DNA from: Antedon mediterranea
Taxonomy: Eukaryota > Animalia > Echinodermata
Length of the DNA: 64,000 nt
Direction: 5' to 3'
NCBI RefSeq assembly: GCF_964355755.1
Contig: NC_092671.1
Span: 19,902,001 to 19,966,000, forward strand
The notes beneath the pieces were generated by a model. It did not search any database. It saw only the letters and a list, made by a program, of their open reading frames with translations, and was not told where the DNA came from. Within the stretch, counting starts at the first letter, position 1, and each line of letters starts with the position of its first letter. This document shows, one piece after another, positions 39,644 through 52,594 of the stretch. The translations under genes and the position numbers were made by a program.

Positions 39644-39849
39644 ACCTAGGTAGGCCTATTATACACTTATACCAACATAATAATAAACATTACGCGTGCT
39701 TTATACAATTTTAAGTAAATGCTTAAAACAGACTCATAAATGAGTATGTGCTTAACATATCCATGATTCAATTGATTAGATAAAAACAATGACATAACGT
39801 TATTTAGCTAGTCATTATTCAACGTACAAATCAATAGTTTAATTGTATG

Positions 39850-41105
39850 TACTAGATGGTACGCTCGCTTCGCTCGCGTACCATCTAGGTCGTGCCCACA
39901 GATGGTTATCGAATACACAGTAATTTCAGCGTAACAAAACTGGCGATTTCAAATGTACGTACCGCAGGACTATAATACATTGTCGTTTACAGAAACGAAT
40001 AAATAGACACGATGATTTATGTAGTCAACTAAAATTAGCACCCTGGAAATTACTTCCGAAAGAGAAACTTACCACAAAATGAGTCCAAATTTTTAGAATT
40101 TGTGTTTTGTATGTAATAGGGTTGAGGGATGGGAAAGCGGATAGGTACCAAGAGGAACAATTTTTAAATATATTCGTTATCCACTCAGTAACAATAATAT
40201 ACCTCTAAATACAGTAAAACATTTGCGATTTAATACTTTGTTAAAACTGTCACTATCATAATCGATTGAAATATTAAAGTACATGTCACAAATACACCAC
40301 TATGACGTTTATATTATTGGTAATTATTAATTAATACAAACGTTGAGAAGGAACTGTCAGTATAAAGTTTATTTGTATATCCTTTGTAGAGCCTATCCAC
40401 AATATCAGTAATAAAGTTTATTTGTATATATTTTTATATTACATCTAACAGTACGAACATTCACAGTAAGAAATGCTCGATTCAAATGAGGACCAAAAAT
40501 AGTTAATAGATATTTACAGTATTGTCAAAGTATTGCAAGTTTATTCTCAAAGGGCCCATATATTTTCCTACCGTATGTGTTAAACCAAGGGCTCATAAAT
40601 TTACCTACTTGTGTTAAACCAAACTCTGGCAGACTGAGAGATTGGGATGTTCCATTCATCGCAAATCAATACATTTGTATAATCGTATATTAAATCTATC
40701 AAAATAGTATTTTTTTAAGAAAATCGGCCTGTCTTCAACATGATGCTGTACTCTAGCTGTTCAACCGGTTTTCAGCTATTAAAAACAATTATCATTGGAG
40801 GAGATAGGAAAATGCGAAGCCTCCTCGCATTTTTGTGGCGGGTATTTTTCAAGATGGACATCCATTAGACAGTGTATACCACGATCGGAAAACACCCCTA
40901 TTTGGGGAAAATCGTTGAATACCTAAATTCGTTTTAATCGTCAATAACTAATTATCTAACATAATTTAATTAGTAAACAGGGTTATATCAGGTGGTTAAA
41001 ATCAGTACCGAAAGTACGAACCAACTTTATATACCATCGAGTAAAAATTATAGAAGTAAGGCGCGATTTACCGAATTTTGCCCTTGCGTAAATTTATATA
41101 TAGAT
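39850..41105 (+). mobile_element. Helentron/DINE-1-like non-autonomous element, most complete copy
   Basis: 5' TACTAG with a 12-bp hairpin TAGATGGTACGC/GCGTACCATCTA; 3' ATATATAGAT; no TSD seen; other copies at 14253 and 15641. Confidence 0.72.
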
Positions 41106-43242
41106 ACAATTAAGTGATCTTTTAAAGAGTAATTATGATGCTGTAGTTTAAAAACAGTAATTAACACAGTTTAAAGCAAGTGCTTAAAAGAAAAAAAAAG
41201 TATGTATATATTTATTGTCACAGTACAGTGTGAATTTCATTTTCCAATTGAATACTACGCTGCACCCTGGCTGTAGATTACCGTTTAATTACGGTGATCT
41301 AGAATAAGTTAGAAATTGTAGAGAGGCAGTCTTGCTCTCAGTGTGACGCAATGCCACTATTTAACTTAACTTTTATACAGACACATCAAACATACTATTT
41401 TTTATGAAGCCAACTTAACAACTTAGAACAAATTAATTAAAAACGGGAAGTTTAGTGATGAAACAATCCCAGCCCTATTTAAATTGAGTTTCGCGTGTGT
41501 GACATATCAGCCGATTCTCGGTACTGTATCTATTTCCGAAGTGTCATAGGCGTATCATGGTAATACAACATTCTTCGATTTCTGGCTACATCACTAATAA
41601 TTATTAGGCCTATTCCCATAGTAGTTCTGATTTTCATTGTTGACTTCTACGCATGCTCGCTGCTGTATTTGGTCTTTGATGAACGATTCAATGCGTTAAA
41701 CATTCACCAAACTAAACCTTTTTACATCGATTGATCATACCGGCCGTAATTGCATAGAAGGACACGAAGAGATGCTTCTTTCGTGAAATCCTGTTTTTTT
41801 AATGCATCCTTGCCTGTAATTAACGGATTGCTTATTTTTTAAATTTATAATAATATTATTACTAGTTGGTGTTTATATCTCTTAAAATAATACTACTCAT
41901 AATTATGTCTCTGTTTTTCTGTCGGATTTTATTTTGCGTATCGATCTCTTTTCATTGACGTTTTTCTGCCCTAATTTATGATTATAGTTTGGTGGTAATA
42001 CATTGGTGAACATATTCTATTATTAAGGAGGCATATACCTTTTAAAGAATATATTAGTTAATACCACCGAAGATTATTAACCGACACATACCTTTTCGTT
42101 GATCTACTAAAGATCTATTCAGATTTTGAGAATTGTGTATCATATGAATAACTGTAATGATTAATATGTTTATTGTAAACAATAAATAATAAAACAAAGT
42201 AGAAAGACACAACATGGGACCATTAGGATTATAAAAATATGTATAGAATTAAATTAAATTATGACGTTGTAAACTTGTGGAAACATATTTATTGGTAATA
42301 TGTTGAATATTGTTGTAAAATTAAACTACTAAAACCATTTATAATGAAACTAATAAAACTCCATCCCTCTCTAATCATTGTGCTGCTTAACAATACAAAT
42401 TGTTTTCTTTTAAAGATTTATGAGGTCTGCATTAAAGATATATTAAGAAATAAACACTAACAATAATAACAGTTACAATCATAACATTATTAAACATAAT
42501 TACAATAATATTATTATAATTTTTATAGCATGTTATTCTAGATTGAAATTATTTTTCCGTTGGAGTCTTGTTCGTAGGCAATTAAGGTGACTTAAAATGT
42601 GCAATTTAAATAAAAATGTCAGTTCAAAGAATTGTATTTTTTTCCTTACCAAATTATTACTAAGAACGTTGGAAGAACTTCAATTTTAACTTCTGAAGGC
42701 GGGGTGGGATGGGGGTGGAAAGGGGTGTGTGTTATTTCTCAGTTATTCTTTTATGACAACATTGATCATATTCAATATTGTAATATGCCTTTATTATATT
42801 ATTATGGTATTACTGTATAAGGTCCATGTTGATTTTTCTTTCATTAAATAAATGTGAACTTTAATTAATAATATTGACGGGGCAGATACTAACATGTTTA
42901 GTTGTCAAATTATTACTGATCACAACATTGTACAATATTAAAAGATGAGCTCAGTTGCCAATGACTAGTAAATAGATAGTAGCATCGGTTGTGTACAAAT
43001 GTGCTATTTAAAAGTTACATAATTATTTTGTTTTCAAAAGATGGTTATTCTTAGATAGTAAGTGTGATTTCAGATACATTGAGAATCGGGTATTCTTCTC
43101 ATAAGCTTGCAATACGGTATCTACCACAAGACACTTAATTATTTTCACTGTGTTGCTACAACAAGCTTATGGTAATTTGATTTTGAACTAATGTCTAAAT
43201 TTACTGAAACGTCAACAAATATAGCGTGAAGTCGAATTATAG

Positions 43243-43460
43243 TGCCTGTTACAACCGTTAATGTAAAAAACGCCAGCTAATGTCGAAACAACCGTTAATG
43301 TAGAACAATCCACCGCTTTTAGTAAAACCTCCAGCTTATGTAGAAACACCAACATCTTATGTATTAAATAAAAATCCACACCCGCTAATGTAGAAACTGT
43401 CAACAGCTTATGTAGTAACGAAAATTGCCTCCCAGCTTATGTAGTTACTATCGCCAGCTA
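43243..43460. repeat. Minisatellite of about 20 bp (CCGCTAATGTAGAAA-like) at the left end of the foldback element
   Basis: About 9 degenerate copies of (C/G)(C/T)TAATGTA / CTTATGTAG. Confidence 0.65.
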
Positions 43461-45087
43461 ATGTATAAAATGTTATATATTTTACAAAAATATCTAAAAT
43501 CATGTGCAAATGTATCGATCTTTACTTTGCGATCAGTCTTTCCACATGGAAGCAACTAAATTTCTAAAACGACCACACATCGTAAGCAACCATCTCTGTT
43601 AAGAGACCTCTCGTAAAGGATCACCTCCTCTCATAAGGAACCACTTCTCATAATCGACCATCTCTCGTAAGCGACCACCTCTCTTAACGACCACACCTCT
43701 CGTAAGTGACCACCTCTTTAAGGGACCACGACCTCTTTCTATCTATTAAAGGACCGCTTTTCATAATCGTCAGACGACTCTTTTAAAGGACCACCTCTCC
43801 TAACGACCCCACCTTTCGTAAGTGACGACCTCTTAAAGGACCACCACCACCTCTATTAAAGGACTGTTTCTCATAATCGCTCATCGCCCATCACAACGAC
43901 CTCTCGAAAGTGATCACCTCTATTGAACGACCACTGTCTCTGTTAAGCGACCGCTTCTTATCATTGAACACCTCTCGTGTGCGACCATCTTATCAACCAC
44001 ACCACTCGTCAACCTCTTTTAAAGGGCCACCACCTCTATTTATGGACCGCTTCTCATAATCGACCACCTCTGTTATAAAAAGTTCAAAATACACTTACTC
44101 TAAAAAATATTCATTGTAGAATATTAGAATCAATTAATTCCCTGAAGAACAAAGTGTATTTAATCCCTGTACCCTTTTCATCATAATACAATAATTAATC
44201 AATGTTCAATCAGTTTTGAGCAGCAATCAACCAGAATCAACCTTAAGAAGTAGGCCTACCTGCCGGAACAATAGAATTTATAGATAAGCTCACAAATAGG
44301 GTGGTCATTTAAAAGAGGTGGTTACTTTACGAGAGGTGTGGTCGTTAAGAGAGATAGTCGTTTACGAGAGGAGGTCGATTATGAAAAGCGGTCCCTTAAG
44401 AGAGGAAGTGATCAATTCCGAGAGGTGGTCGATTATGATAAAAGTCCCTTAAAAGATAGATTTGGTTGCTTACCAGCGGTCGTTGTGACGGGAGATTATG
44501 AGAAGTGGTTCTTTAATAGAGAGAAAGAGGTCGTGGTCCCTTACGAGAGGTGTGGTCGTCAAGAGAGGTGGTCGCTTACGAGATGTGGTCGATTATGAAA
44601 TGCGGTTCCTTTATGAGAGTAGGTGATCACTTATGAGAGGTGGTCGATTATAAGAAGTGGTTCCTTAACAGAAACGATGGACGTTCAATAGAGGTGGTCA
44701 CTTAACAGATGTCGTTGTGACGGGAGATAATCGATTATGAGAAGCGGTCCTTTGATAGAGAGAAAGAGGTCGTGCTCCCTTAAAAGAGGTGGTCACTTAC
44801 GAGAGGTGTGGTCGTTACGAGAGGTGGTCGCTTATGAGAAGTGGTCCCTTATGAGAGGAGGTGATCCTTTACGAGAAGTGGTCGATTATGAGAAGCGGTC
44901 TCTTAACAGAGATGGTTGTTTACGATGTGTGGTCGTTTTAGAAAGTTAGTTGCTTCCAAGAGGTGGAAAGACTGATCGCTAAGTAAAGATCGATGCATTT
45001 GCACATGATTTTATACATTTTTGTATAATATATAACATTTTCTACATTAGCTGGCGATAGTAACTACATAAGCTAGGAGGCAATTTT
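43421..45087. mobile_element. Foldback-type element of about 1.67 kb with long inverted arms built from GACCACCTCT subrepeats
   Basis: Left arm about 43421-44073, right arm about 44298-45087; the outer about 185 bp are near-perfect reverse complements; AT-rich spacer of about 225 bp. Confidence 0.85.
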
Positions 45088-45451
45088 TTTTAATTGGCGT
45101 ACAGTCTAACTAAATTTATACGTTGAGGGCATCATGCAACCACTAGGCAACAGGAAAAGAAACATGAAACTTTTCTGCGAAACTTTTGATTGATTAGAGT
45201 CATGAACTCCGAGTATTGTTCAAATTGTATGGCATCTCTACATCTAAAATGTATTGCACTTGATTTAGATTAATTTCCTCATTTTAGAGAGAAGTTGCAT
45301 GGCGCTGAATTCTGTTTCAAAAGTTTGTTACAATTCTCACTTCCATGATTATTTTGTTAACCTCCCCCATACCCCCGGCCCCCATCAGAGTGGTTTTAGT
45401 CACGTGGTTTAAAAAAAACTATGCTGCCCTCAACGTTTAAATTTAGTTTGA

Positions 45452-45720
45452 CTGTACGCCGATTTGTCCTTACGTCAATTTTTGTCCTTACGGCAATTTT
45501 GTCCTTACGCAAATTATTGTCCTTACGCCAAATGTTGTCCTTTCGACAATTTAACCATACGTCAAATTAACCATACGGCAATTTGTTCTTTCACCATACA
45601 GCAAATGTGGGTGTCCGTACGGCAATATTTGTTTGTCAATCGAGGAATTATGTCTTTAACGCCATTTGTTTGGCTTACCGGAGCGGAATTGTTCGTACGG
45701 CAACGGTTGTCTTTTCGCGT
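45452..45720. repeat. Minisatellite of about 19 bp (TTGTCCTTACGNCAAT), likely a DNA-transposon arm
   Basis: Five well-kept copies at 45463-45550, decaying rightwards. Confidence 0.65.
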
Positions 45721-46004
45721 TGGGAAAATTAGTTTTATACTTTTGTTTCTTAAATACAACAGCGCCACCTATTTTGTAATTTCGCCGCGAACATTGAATG
45801 TTATGACATTTCGCGCGATAGAAGTACTTTTTTGGAGATATATATGTACTAATTAGTCCAAAAAGAGCATTTAAATTAGCTTTAAATCGTTTGTATGATT
45901 TTGATTGATTAATGGGAACATCTTTACAAGACGTGGAATCATTGGAAAAAACAGGATTAGCCTACAGTAGATGAGTTCCAGTTCCAGGTCGCAATGGTAT
46001 CGCC

Positions 46005-49000
46005 TCAGCAAAAAGGTATGATTGTAATTGTATGACAATGCCTAATCCATTCAGGAATGTCATTCCACAGACGCGGAGCATTAATAGACAAATCACGATC
46101 TCCAAACGAGTGATGAGATTTCGGTTGAAATAAAAGCAACTTATTATTGGATTGTAAATTACATTTAAGATAGTATAAGCCCAGCATATCAGTCACATAT
46201 TCTGGAGCAATTCCATTATTAACTTTGAAAACCATTAAAAATATTTTAAAAACAATTCTATGTTTAATAGGCAGCCATTGTAACTCTTTTAAGGTGCCTG
46301 TAATATGCGAAAATTTGTGCACTCGTGCAGCCGCATTTTGTATGAGCTGAAGCCTATGCAGTTGTTTATGTGGGAAACCAAATAAACAATTGTGGACCTA
46401 AAACAGATCCTTGTGGAACAGAGAAATTAAAAGTGGTATGTTGAGAGATTGCCTCTCTAATACAAATGCGTTCAGGTCTGTCCGCCAAGTATGATTGACA
46501 CCATCTTAATGTAGTGCACATCCCTCAACACCAATAGAAGCCTGCAACCTTTCAATCAGAATACCGTATCAAACGCAGCACTAAAATCAAGTAAAATTAA
46601 AGCAGTTACTTTTCCAACATCCATCGCATGAAGTATATCATTGCTAACGCGCAGTAGTGCAGTTTCAGAACTGTGATGTGCTTTATACGCTGATTGAAAC
46701 GGGTCAAGTAAATAATTATCATTTACATGTGATAGTATACGTTTAGATATCACTTTTCAATTACTTTGCCAAGAAAACACAGATTTGATACTGGTCTGTA
46801 ATTGGATAGCTTTTCAGGATCAAGACCCGATTTCTTTAATTGAGGACGTATGTGCGAGATTTTAGAAATGTCAGGGAAAACCCCAGTTTCCAAAGACAGA
46901 TTAACGACGCGTGTAATTAGTGGAACAAAAACAACAGCATTTCTCTTAATTAACAGAGTAGGAACTGGATCAAGACTGCAAGATTTAGCAGGCCAGTTTT
47001 TGGAAATTTCAGAAATTTTGTTTTCACTAGCAGGTTCAAATTTACAAAGGGAGGGACAATTATAATTTTCACGGCATACGTCAAGAGGTTTCACGAATAT
47101 TAACAATTTTATTTTTTTTAAATACGGAAAATATTTCTGCAAGCAACTCATCTGAATGAAAAAATAGAAATGAGAACGGTGTAAAAGATTGTTTACAACC
47201 TTAAGCAGCTTCTTCTGATCACCTGAGCAATCTTCGACCAGGGCAGAATAATATCGTTTCTTAGCTCTTTCAACAAGCATATTAACAACACACCGCTGAT
47301 GACAATATTTCTGTCTATCTAAGGTATTTTTGGATTTCATCCATTTTCTCTCAAATACGCGACGGAGTTTTCTCGCAGATCTAATTTTATCAGTATACCA
47401 CGGTTTTGAAGAATTTAGTTTGAAACATTTTGTTTTTAAAGGTGCGTGTTTATCCATAACTTCTCTTAAAGAACAGTATCTTTCAATATTTTCTTGCATC
47501 ATGCATATCAGACAACCGAGCTTGTATGCCATTTGAAAACTTAGTTGTATCAATACTGTTTATATTTCGGATTTTAATTTTAGATTTAGGAAGAGGTGAT
47601 TTCTTGAAATCGAAACTACAAAGTATAAACAATTTATCAGAGATACTCGGTTTTACAGTGATCCCCGAGATCAAAGAAACATCTCTAGTAATAATGAGAT
47701 CAAGACAATGACCACCATCATGCGTAGGTTCATTTACATGCTCTATAAGATTAAAAGACTGCAATAGACGATTACATTTATTTGCAGCGATATTCTCATT
47801 TGTATCAATGTGGATATTAAAATCACCACAAAAAAATGACTTCTGATGGAATAATAAGATAATCAATCAATCATATTTTTAAATTCATTAAGAAAGTCGG
47901 ACAGACAAACTCGGTGGTCTATAGATGCATACAATAAAAATTGTTTTTGAACTTAATATAAACTGTAAATGTATGTTTTCAAATGAACATTTAGACTAGA
48001 TTTAAATAAAATTCCAAACCCCTCCACCGATTTTATCCAATCTAGGTACATTTTTTAAACAATATCCCAGTGGAGTTATGTTTCCAATGGAGAGGTTGTC
48101 ATCAAGCCGAAGCCATGTTTCAGACACAGCCACGATATCAATGTCATTACTAACAACAAAGTCTGTGAATTCATCACTTTTGTCACGCAATGAACGAGCA
48201 TTTAGCAAACAAAATATAAGTGATGAATTTGCAGAATTTGAATTTAATTTGTGTGGGTAGGTTTTCATGGATTGAGCAGCTCTCGTACAAGTTCCAGGTA
48301 CTTGAACCACTCTTTTCTTTTCCAGATCGATTTTCAGAGTCCCTTGTTGATGATTGACGCATTCTCTCTGACGATTTGGTTGGTACTGACTTGAGAGCAG
48401 AAAAGATGACTGAGGTGGACTCATCGCCGACTCATTACTTATGTGATCAATACTGTTTTTCGCCAGAGTACTTGTTCCTCGTGGCCTAAGATGAACTCCA
48501 TCAGAAGATAGTTTCATGAATGGAATATTTGTATTATCAATAAATCCTCAGCCATTCTCTTTGCATATGAGTTTCATATGGTGATTTGCTCTCTCTACAT
48601 CATCGCATTTCGAGACTGGTTGCGTCGGTGTATTATGGAGGAAAATGTGCACTTTATTGGCTTCAATGTTTCACACAGAGATGTCGTTTTTGAGGTCAAT
48701 GTGTAATTTCTATTGTTAGTTCCCACATGAACAGTCACTCTTTCAACACATTGTTTCACTGCAAGACGCTTGGCACAATGCGCGAGGTCTTCTATTTTTG
48801 CACCACGCATAGTGTGGCATATCACCTTTTTTAGTAGAATTACTTAATCGTTTGGGACGAAGATCATTAATCATTGAATCGCCTATAATCAGAACGTCAG
48901 CTGGAATTGCGTAATCTTGAGTACTAGCAGTTTCATCAGCAATTTTTTGTTTGTCGCTTAGTGCTTTTTGTTTATTACGGTATTGATGAAGCTGTAGTTG

Positions 49001-50230
49001 ATAAGAATCAACTTTTCCAGTACTCTTCGTTACATCATTAGTAGGGCTAGTCATTTACAATGCGTTATAGAGAGTTAAGTGTCAATTAGCTGCTCAGAAT
49101 AAGTCCGAGAATCATCAATAGCTTTACTATCATAATTTGGTTTTACATTATACCGATTTTGTTTCGGGAGGTCCAATGAGGTCAGATAATTCTGACTGGA
49201 AACAGATTGATTATTTGGATGTATAGACTGTTCTTGAGGAAAGTGACATTCCTCGTGCAGACCAAGTTGGGGACAGGTATTATGTTGAGTAACATAATAT
49301 GTCCCTTCACAGTAATAAAGTCAGATGTGTCAATAGCAACTTGGGTTAGTTTCGCATCGTATGCTTCATCTTTGGCTTTAGCAGCATCTTTAGAGCTGAG
49401 ATAAGTAGATCATGTAGTTTTATCACTTCCTTATCTTTTTGCTGCAAAAGTTGTAAAGTATGCTGCAAATGTGTTACATCGGACTTAAGAGCTTCGAATT
49501 TAATATTCATATTCTGAATTTTCTATTTTCTTGTAGGGATTTAACCTCTTTTTAAAATTCATTAAATTCAATGAATATCTTTTAAAGCTTCAAACAAAAT
49601 AGCACAATCATTGTTTTTAGCTAGTAATTTATCTTTCAGGACTCTATTTTCATTTTCAGACATTATAATTTTGAGTTCGAAGTTTTCTTTTAGCAAATCA
49701 GATAAATTTGGAGAAGCTAATGAATGATCAACATGTGATTGAGTGCAAGCGGAATGGATGTTATGGAGGTCATTTACATCAGTGGTAACCAGGTCATGTA
49801 ATGTATCATTACATTTAGTATCTATTATTGTTACTTTCAATAGCTGTATTCACTAAAGGTAGTTCCACTTCAGCATCATTGACTTTAGTTGCATCAGTAC
49901 ATTCTAAGTCATTGCACACCCCATTTTCGCTGAGATATTTTTTAGCTTTTTTAACACTAAAAAATGATTGGAATAAAGATCCGTGATAGCCATCAGTGTT
50001 TGCTTGGCATTCCAGCCAGGATAAATAGATGCCTGATTGTTTCCCGACAGCAACGGCATAAACCTTTTTAGTTTTCTTGGATTTAATTGGTTTGTCAGCC
50101 ATTGCTATGTGTTGCATTGCTGTTGTTGCATTAGCCATTTCGCTATGCAATGGTATTTGTACGATTTCAATAGACAGAAGAAGACAATAGATAGTACTGT
50201 TGCCTAGCACAACGACGCCTCGCACTGATT
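46005..50230 (-). mobile_element. Decayed L2-clade LINE: ORF1 (hybrid-binding domain, coiled coil, SGNH esterase) and ORF2 (APE-RT, internally deleted)
   Basis: ORF2 motifs: LLNARSL, AVSETWL, GDFNIH, PTHDGGHCLDLII, KSCSLDPVP, NYRPVSNL, LDFSAAFDTV, SVPQGSVLGP, then a jump to LQLIQNAAAR...HITGTLKELQWLPI (YADD region missing). Many frameshifts. Confidence 0.9.
48440..50138 (-). pseudogene. LINE ORF1 with N-terminal Cauli_VI / RNase H1 hybrid-binding domain and C-terminal SGNH esterase, frameshifted
   Basis: KVYAVAVGKQSGIYLSWLECQANTDGYHGSLFQSFFSVKKAKKYL at about 50066-49931; heptad-rich segments at about 49380-49700; SGNH blocks VLIIGDSM, VHVGTNN and DGVHLRPRG. Confidence 0.85.
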
Positions 50231-50557
50231 GGCTGAAGGCAGAAAAGACGCGGTACGATCGTTTGAGGTCCCAGAAATGAAAAGGGCCAAAATAACCCTG
50301 TATGGTTACTTTTTGTTCTATCCGTGGGCCTAGGTGTTGAAGGTCTAAATCACTTGGATCTAACAATGGTTTCTATAATAAAAAGTGTTACTTTCCTTTA
50401 TGAGTTCCTTGTTTATCACTATGAGTCCAACTCCAAATAAGAGTCCAAAATATTGTCAAATAATAACAAAAATTAAGAGATGTTTCAAGTAGCGTACGTC
50501 GTTGTTGGTATTTTTACGTATGTTTCCGAGCGGTTGAAAATACTTTATGAACTCCCT

Positions 50558-50959
50558 TGTGACATAAAAGTATACAACAAAAATCCACAAAGTTGTAAAA
50601 TAACTCAAAACAAAGCTTTAATTTCAATCAACTTTTAACAATCCAGTAAGCACCTTAAACAACAGCTTCACAATAACTTTTACAATCGAATATCCAACCT
50701 CTAATCCAACCTCCAACCTTCTTCAAAATAAATACTTCAATAAAAAATCCTTCTCCCTCCTTACAATTGTCATACTTCTTTTTATATACACTATACAATT
50801 CATAACTTTGTAGATCATTCCTTATACTTTTTATTCTATTGGATTATAGTTTCTATTAATAGCACTTCTAGAATGTTCCTTATTGTTCTTATAATAATTA
50901 TACATGGTTTCTTAAATCTAAACATACCGTACTCTTATTCTAGAATGTTCGTGTAGACA
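50558..50959 (-). mobile_element. Candidate solo LTR carrying heat-shock elements, CCAAT and TATA boxes
   Basis: TGT...ACA ends; minus-strand order HSE (50950-50938), HSE (50878-50866), CCAAT (about 50840), TATATAAAA (about 50788), ATTAAA (about 50620). No convincing TSD. Confidence 0.35.
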
Positions 50960-51032
50960 CTATGCTACTCTATTTTTTAGGAAGCCTACCTTATAATTAT
51001 TATGATTCAAATGAGAGGAATCTATTTAGATG

Positions 51033-51200
51033 TTATATCAAACAAATAATGATTTTTTAATATTCGGGAAATGGTACAAATAATGGCACTTGGTGAAAGA
51101 TATATATTATTTTCAACTCGACTTTGTCTCGTTGAAATTAATTCACCTCATGTCATTATTTGCACCATTACACTCATAAACATTCATTATTTGTATAATA
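51033..51200. mobile_element. Palindromic MITE
   Basis: ACAAATAATG...AATGGTACAAATAATGGC...TTTCAAC mirrored by GTTGAAA...GTCATTATTTGCACCATT...CATTATTTGT. Confidence 0.55.
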
Positions 51201-52228
51201 TCAAACACTCAAAGTATAATTGAATAGCATGAAATACTGTACTCCATTATGCTATTATTTCACCCAAATTAGTTTAATGGTAGGTAGTTATTACCCTGCC
51301 TCAATGAATGGCTACCGCCTACAGTTATAATTCTACTATCCCACCTACCATCTAGTTCCGTTAACTCTGGATAATGGCTTTTATTATCGGCAGAATGATC
51401 TAAATTCAAGTTTATTTATTCAAACAACAAATCAAAAGTAAGAAAGACATTTTAATTTTTGTCCATTGTGATAAATTATTATTTTGTATTTATATTTTTA
51501 CATCTATTAAAATTGTTTTTTTATTTTATTTTACTAACATATCCATTCCGTTTACATTCACTATACATAGTTTCCTACTTGCATCAATCTTTTTACATTT
51601 ACAAACATACTTGTATCTGTCTCTTTACACTTATTCCTCGACATTCATATATGTTTACATATATTTTCTACTTGTATTATTTCTTTATAAATATTATCTC
51701 TTAACACAATGTTAGTTTTATTTTACACATTTATTTACATACATATTTTCTTTACATATTTCATTAACATTATATATTTTTCCTATTAACTTTGTTTTTA
51801 GATTTATTTACATACATTCACTTGTGTTAATTTCTTTCATAATATCCCGTTTACATTATCCCTTAACACAAAATAACACATTTTTGTCTAATTTAACTTT
51901 ATTTACACACCTACGTGTAATCTCTTTTTACAACACAATCATAATTTAACATTTTAAAAAATCAACTATTCTTTTCCTTTTAAAAACATTTTTTTGTTTA
52001 AAGGTTTGCATGACGAATAAATACAAGTTAGTTTTGCAATACCAATAAAGTAAGGTTGACAACAGCTGTCTTCTAAGAATGCTAAGGCAATTAAAGATGA
52101 ATCCAATATATAGTAACCAGTCTAAGATTAGGTAATCACAATAGACTGACGTGGTGTGACCAAGTTGATAAGGGCCTGATCTGATCAAAACAATGGCATG
52201 ATTATTTCAGTTTAATAGAAATTAATAA

Positions 52229-52594
52229 ATATGTAATGTAATGCGATATTTATATAGCGCTATTTCATGGACAGCATTCTTCTCCCCTAAGAGTCACATC
52301 GTGTCATCGGCTACTACTACGACTCTACTACGTCTGTCCACGACAGTGTGTGGGCGGGTGGGGGTGGGTGTGTGTGTGTGAACTAGTACACCGGGGTAAG
52401 CCCCTACTCGTCTCGAAAGATGAACTAGGTTCTTTAAAGTGCACACGAGCAATATGCATACACTGGACCTACGGTTTATAGTCCTTATCCGAGAAGACTT
52501 GTTCTACCACCAGAACCATGGAGCAAGTGAGCCTCGAACCCTTGCCGATGCTATGACTATTACGGTTCCACTGTCTTAACGATCGGCCACTCAC
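52229..52594 (-). mobile_element. MetaSINE-type tRNA-derived SINE with an L2-like tail
   Basis: Minus strand: A box TGGCCGATCG, B box GGTTCGAGGC, Meta-domain-like core GTCTTCTCGGATAAGGACTATAAACCGTAGGTCC...GCACTTTAAAGAACC, tail GCGCTATATAAAT-(CATTA)n. Confidence 0.75.

Noticed and set aside
41274-41301. Short palindrome as another P-like footprint
   Set aside because: No flanking direct repeat and no CA...TG ends.
44338-44949. ORFs 44338-44598 and 44737-44949 as proteins
   Set aside because: They are translations of the foldback subrepeats.
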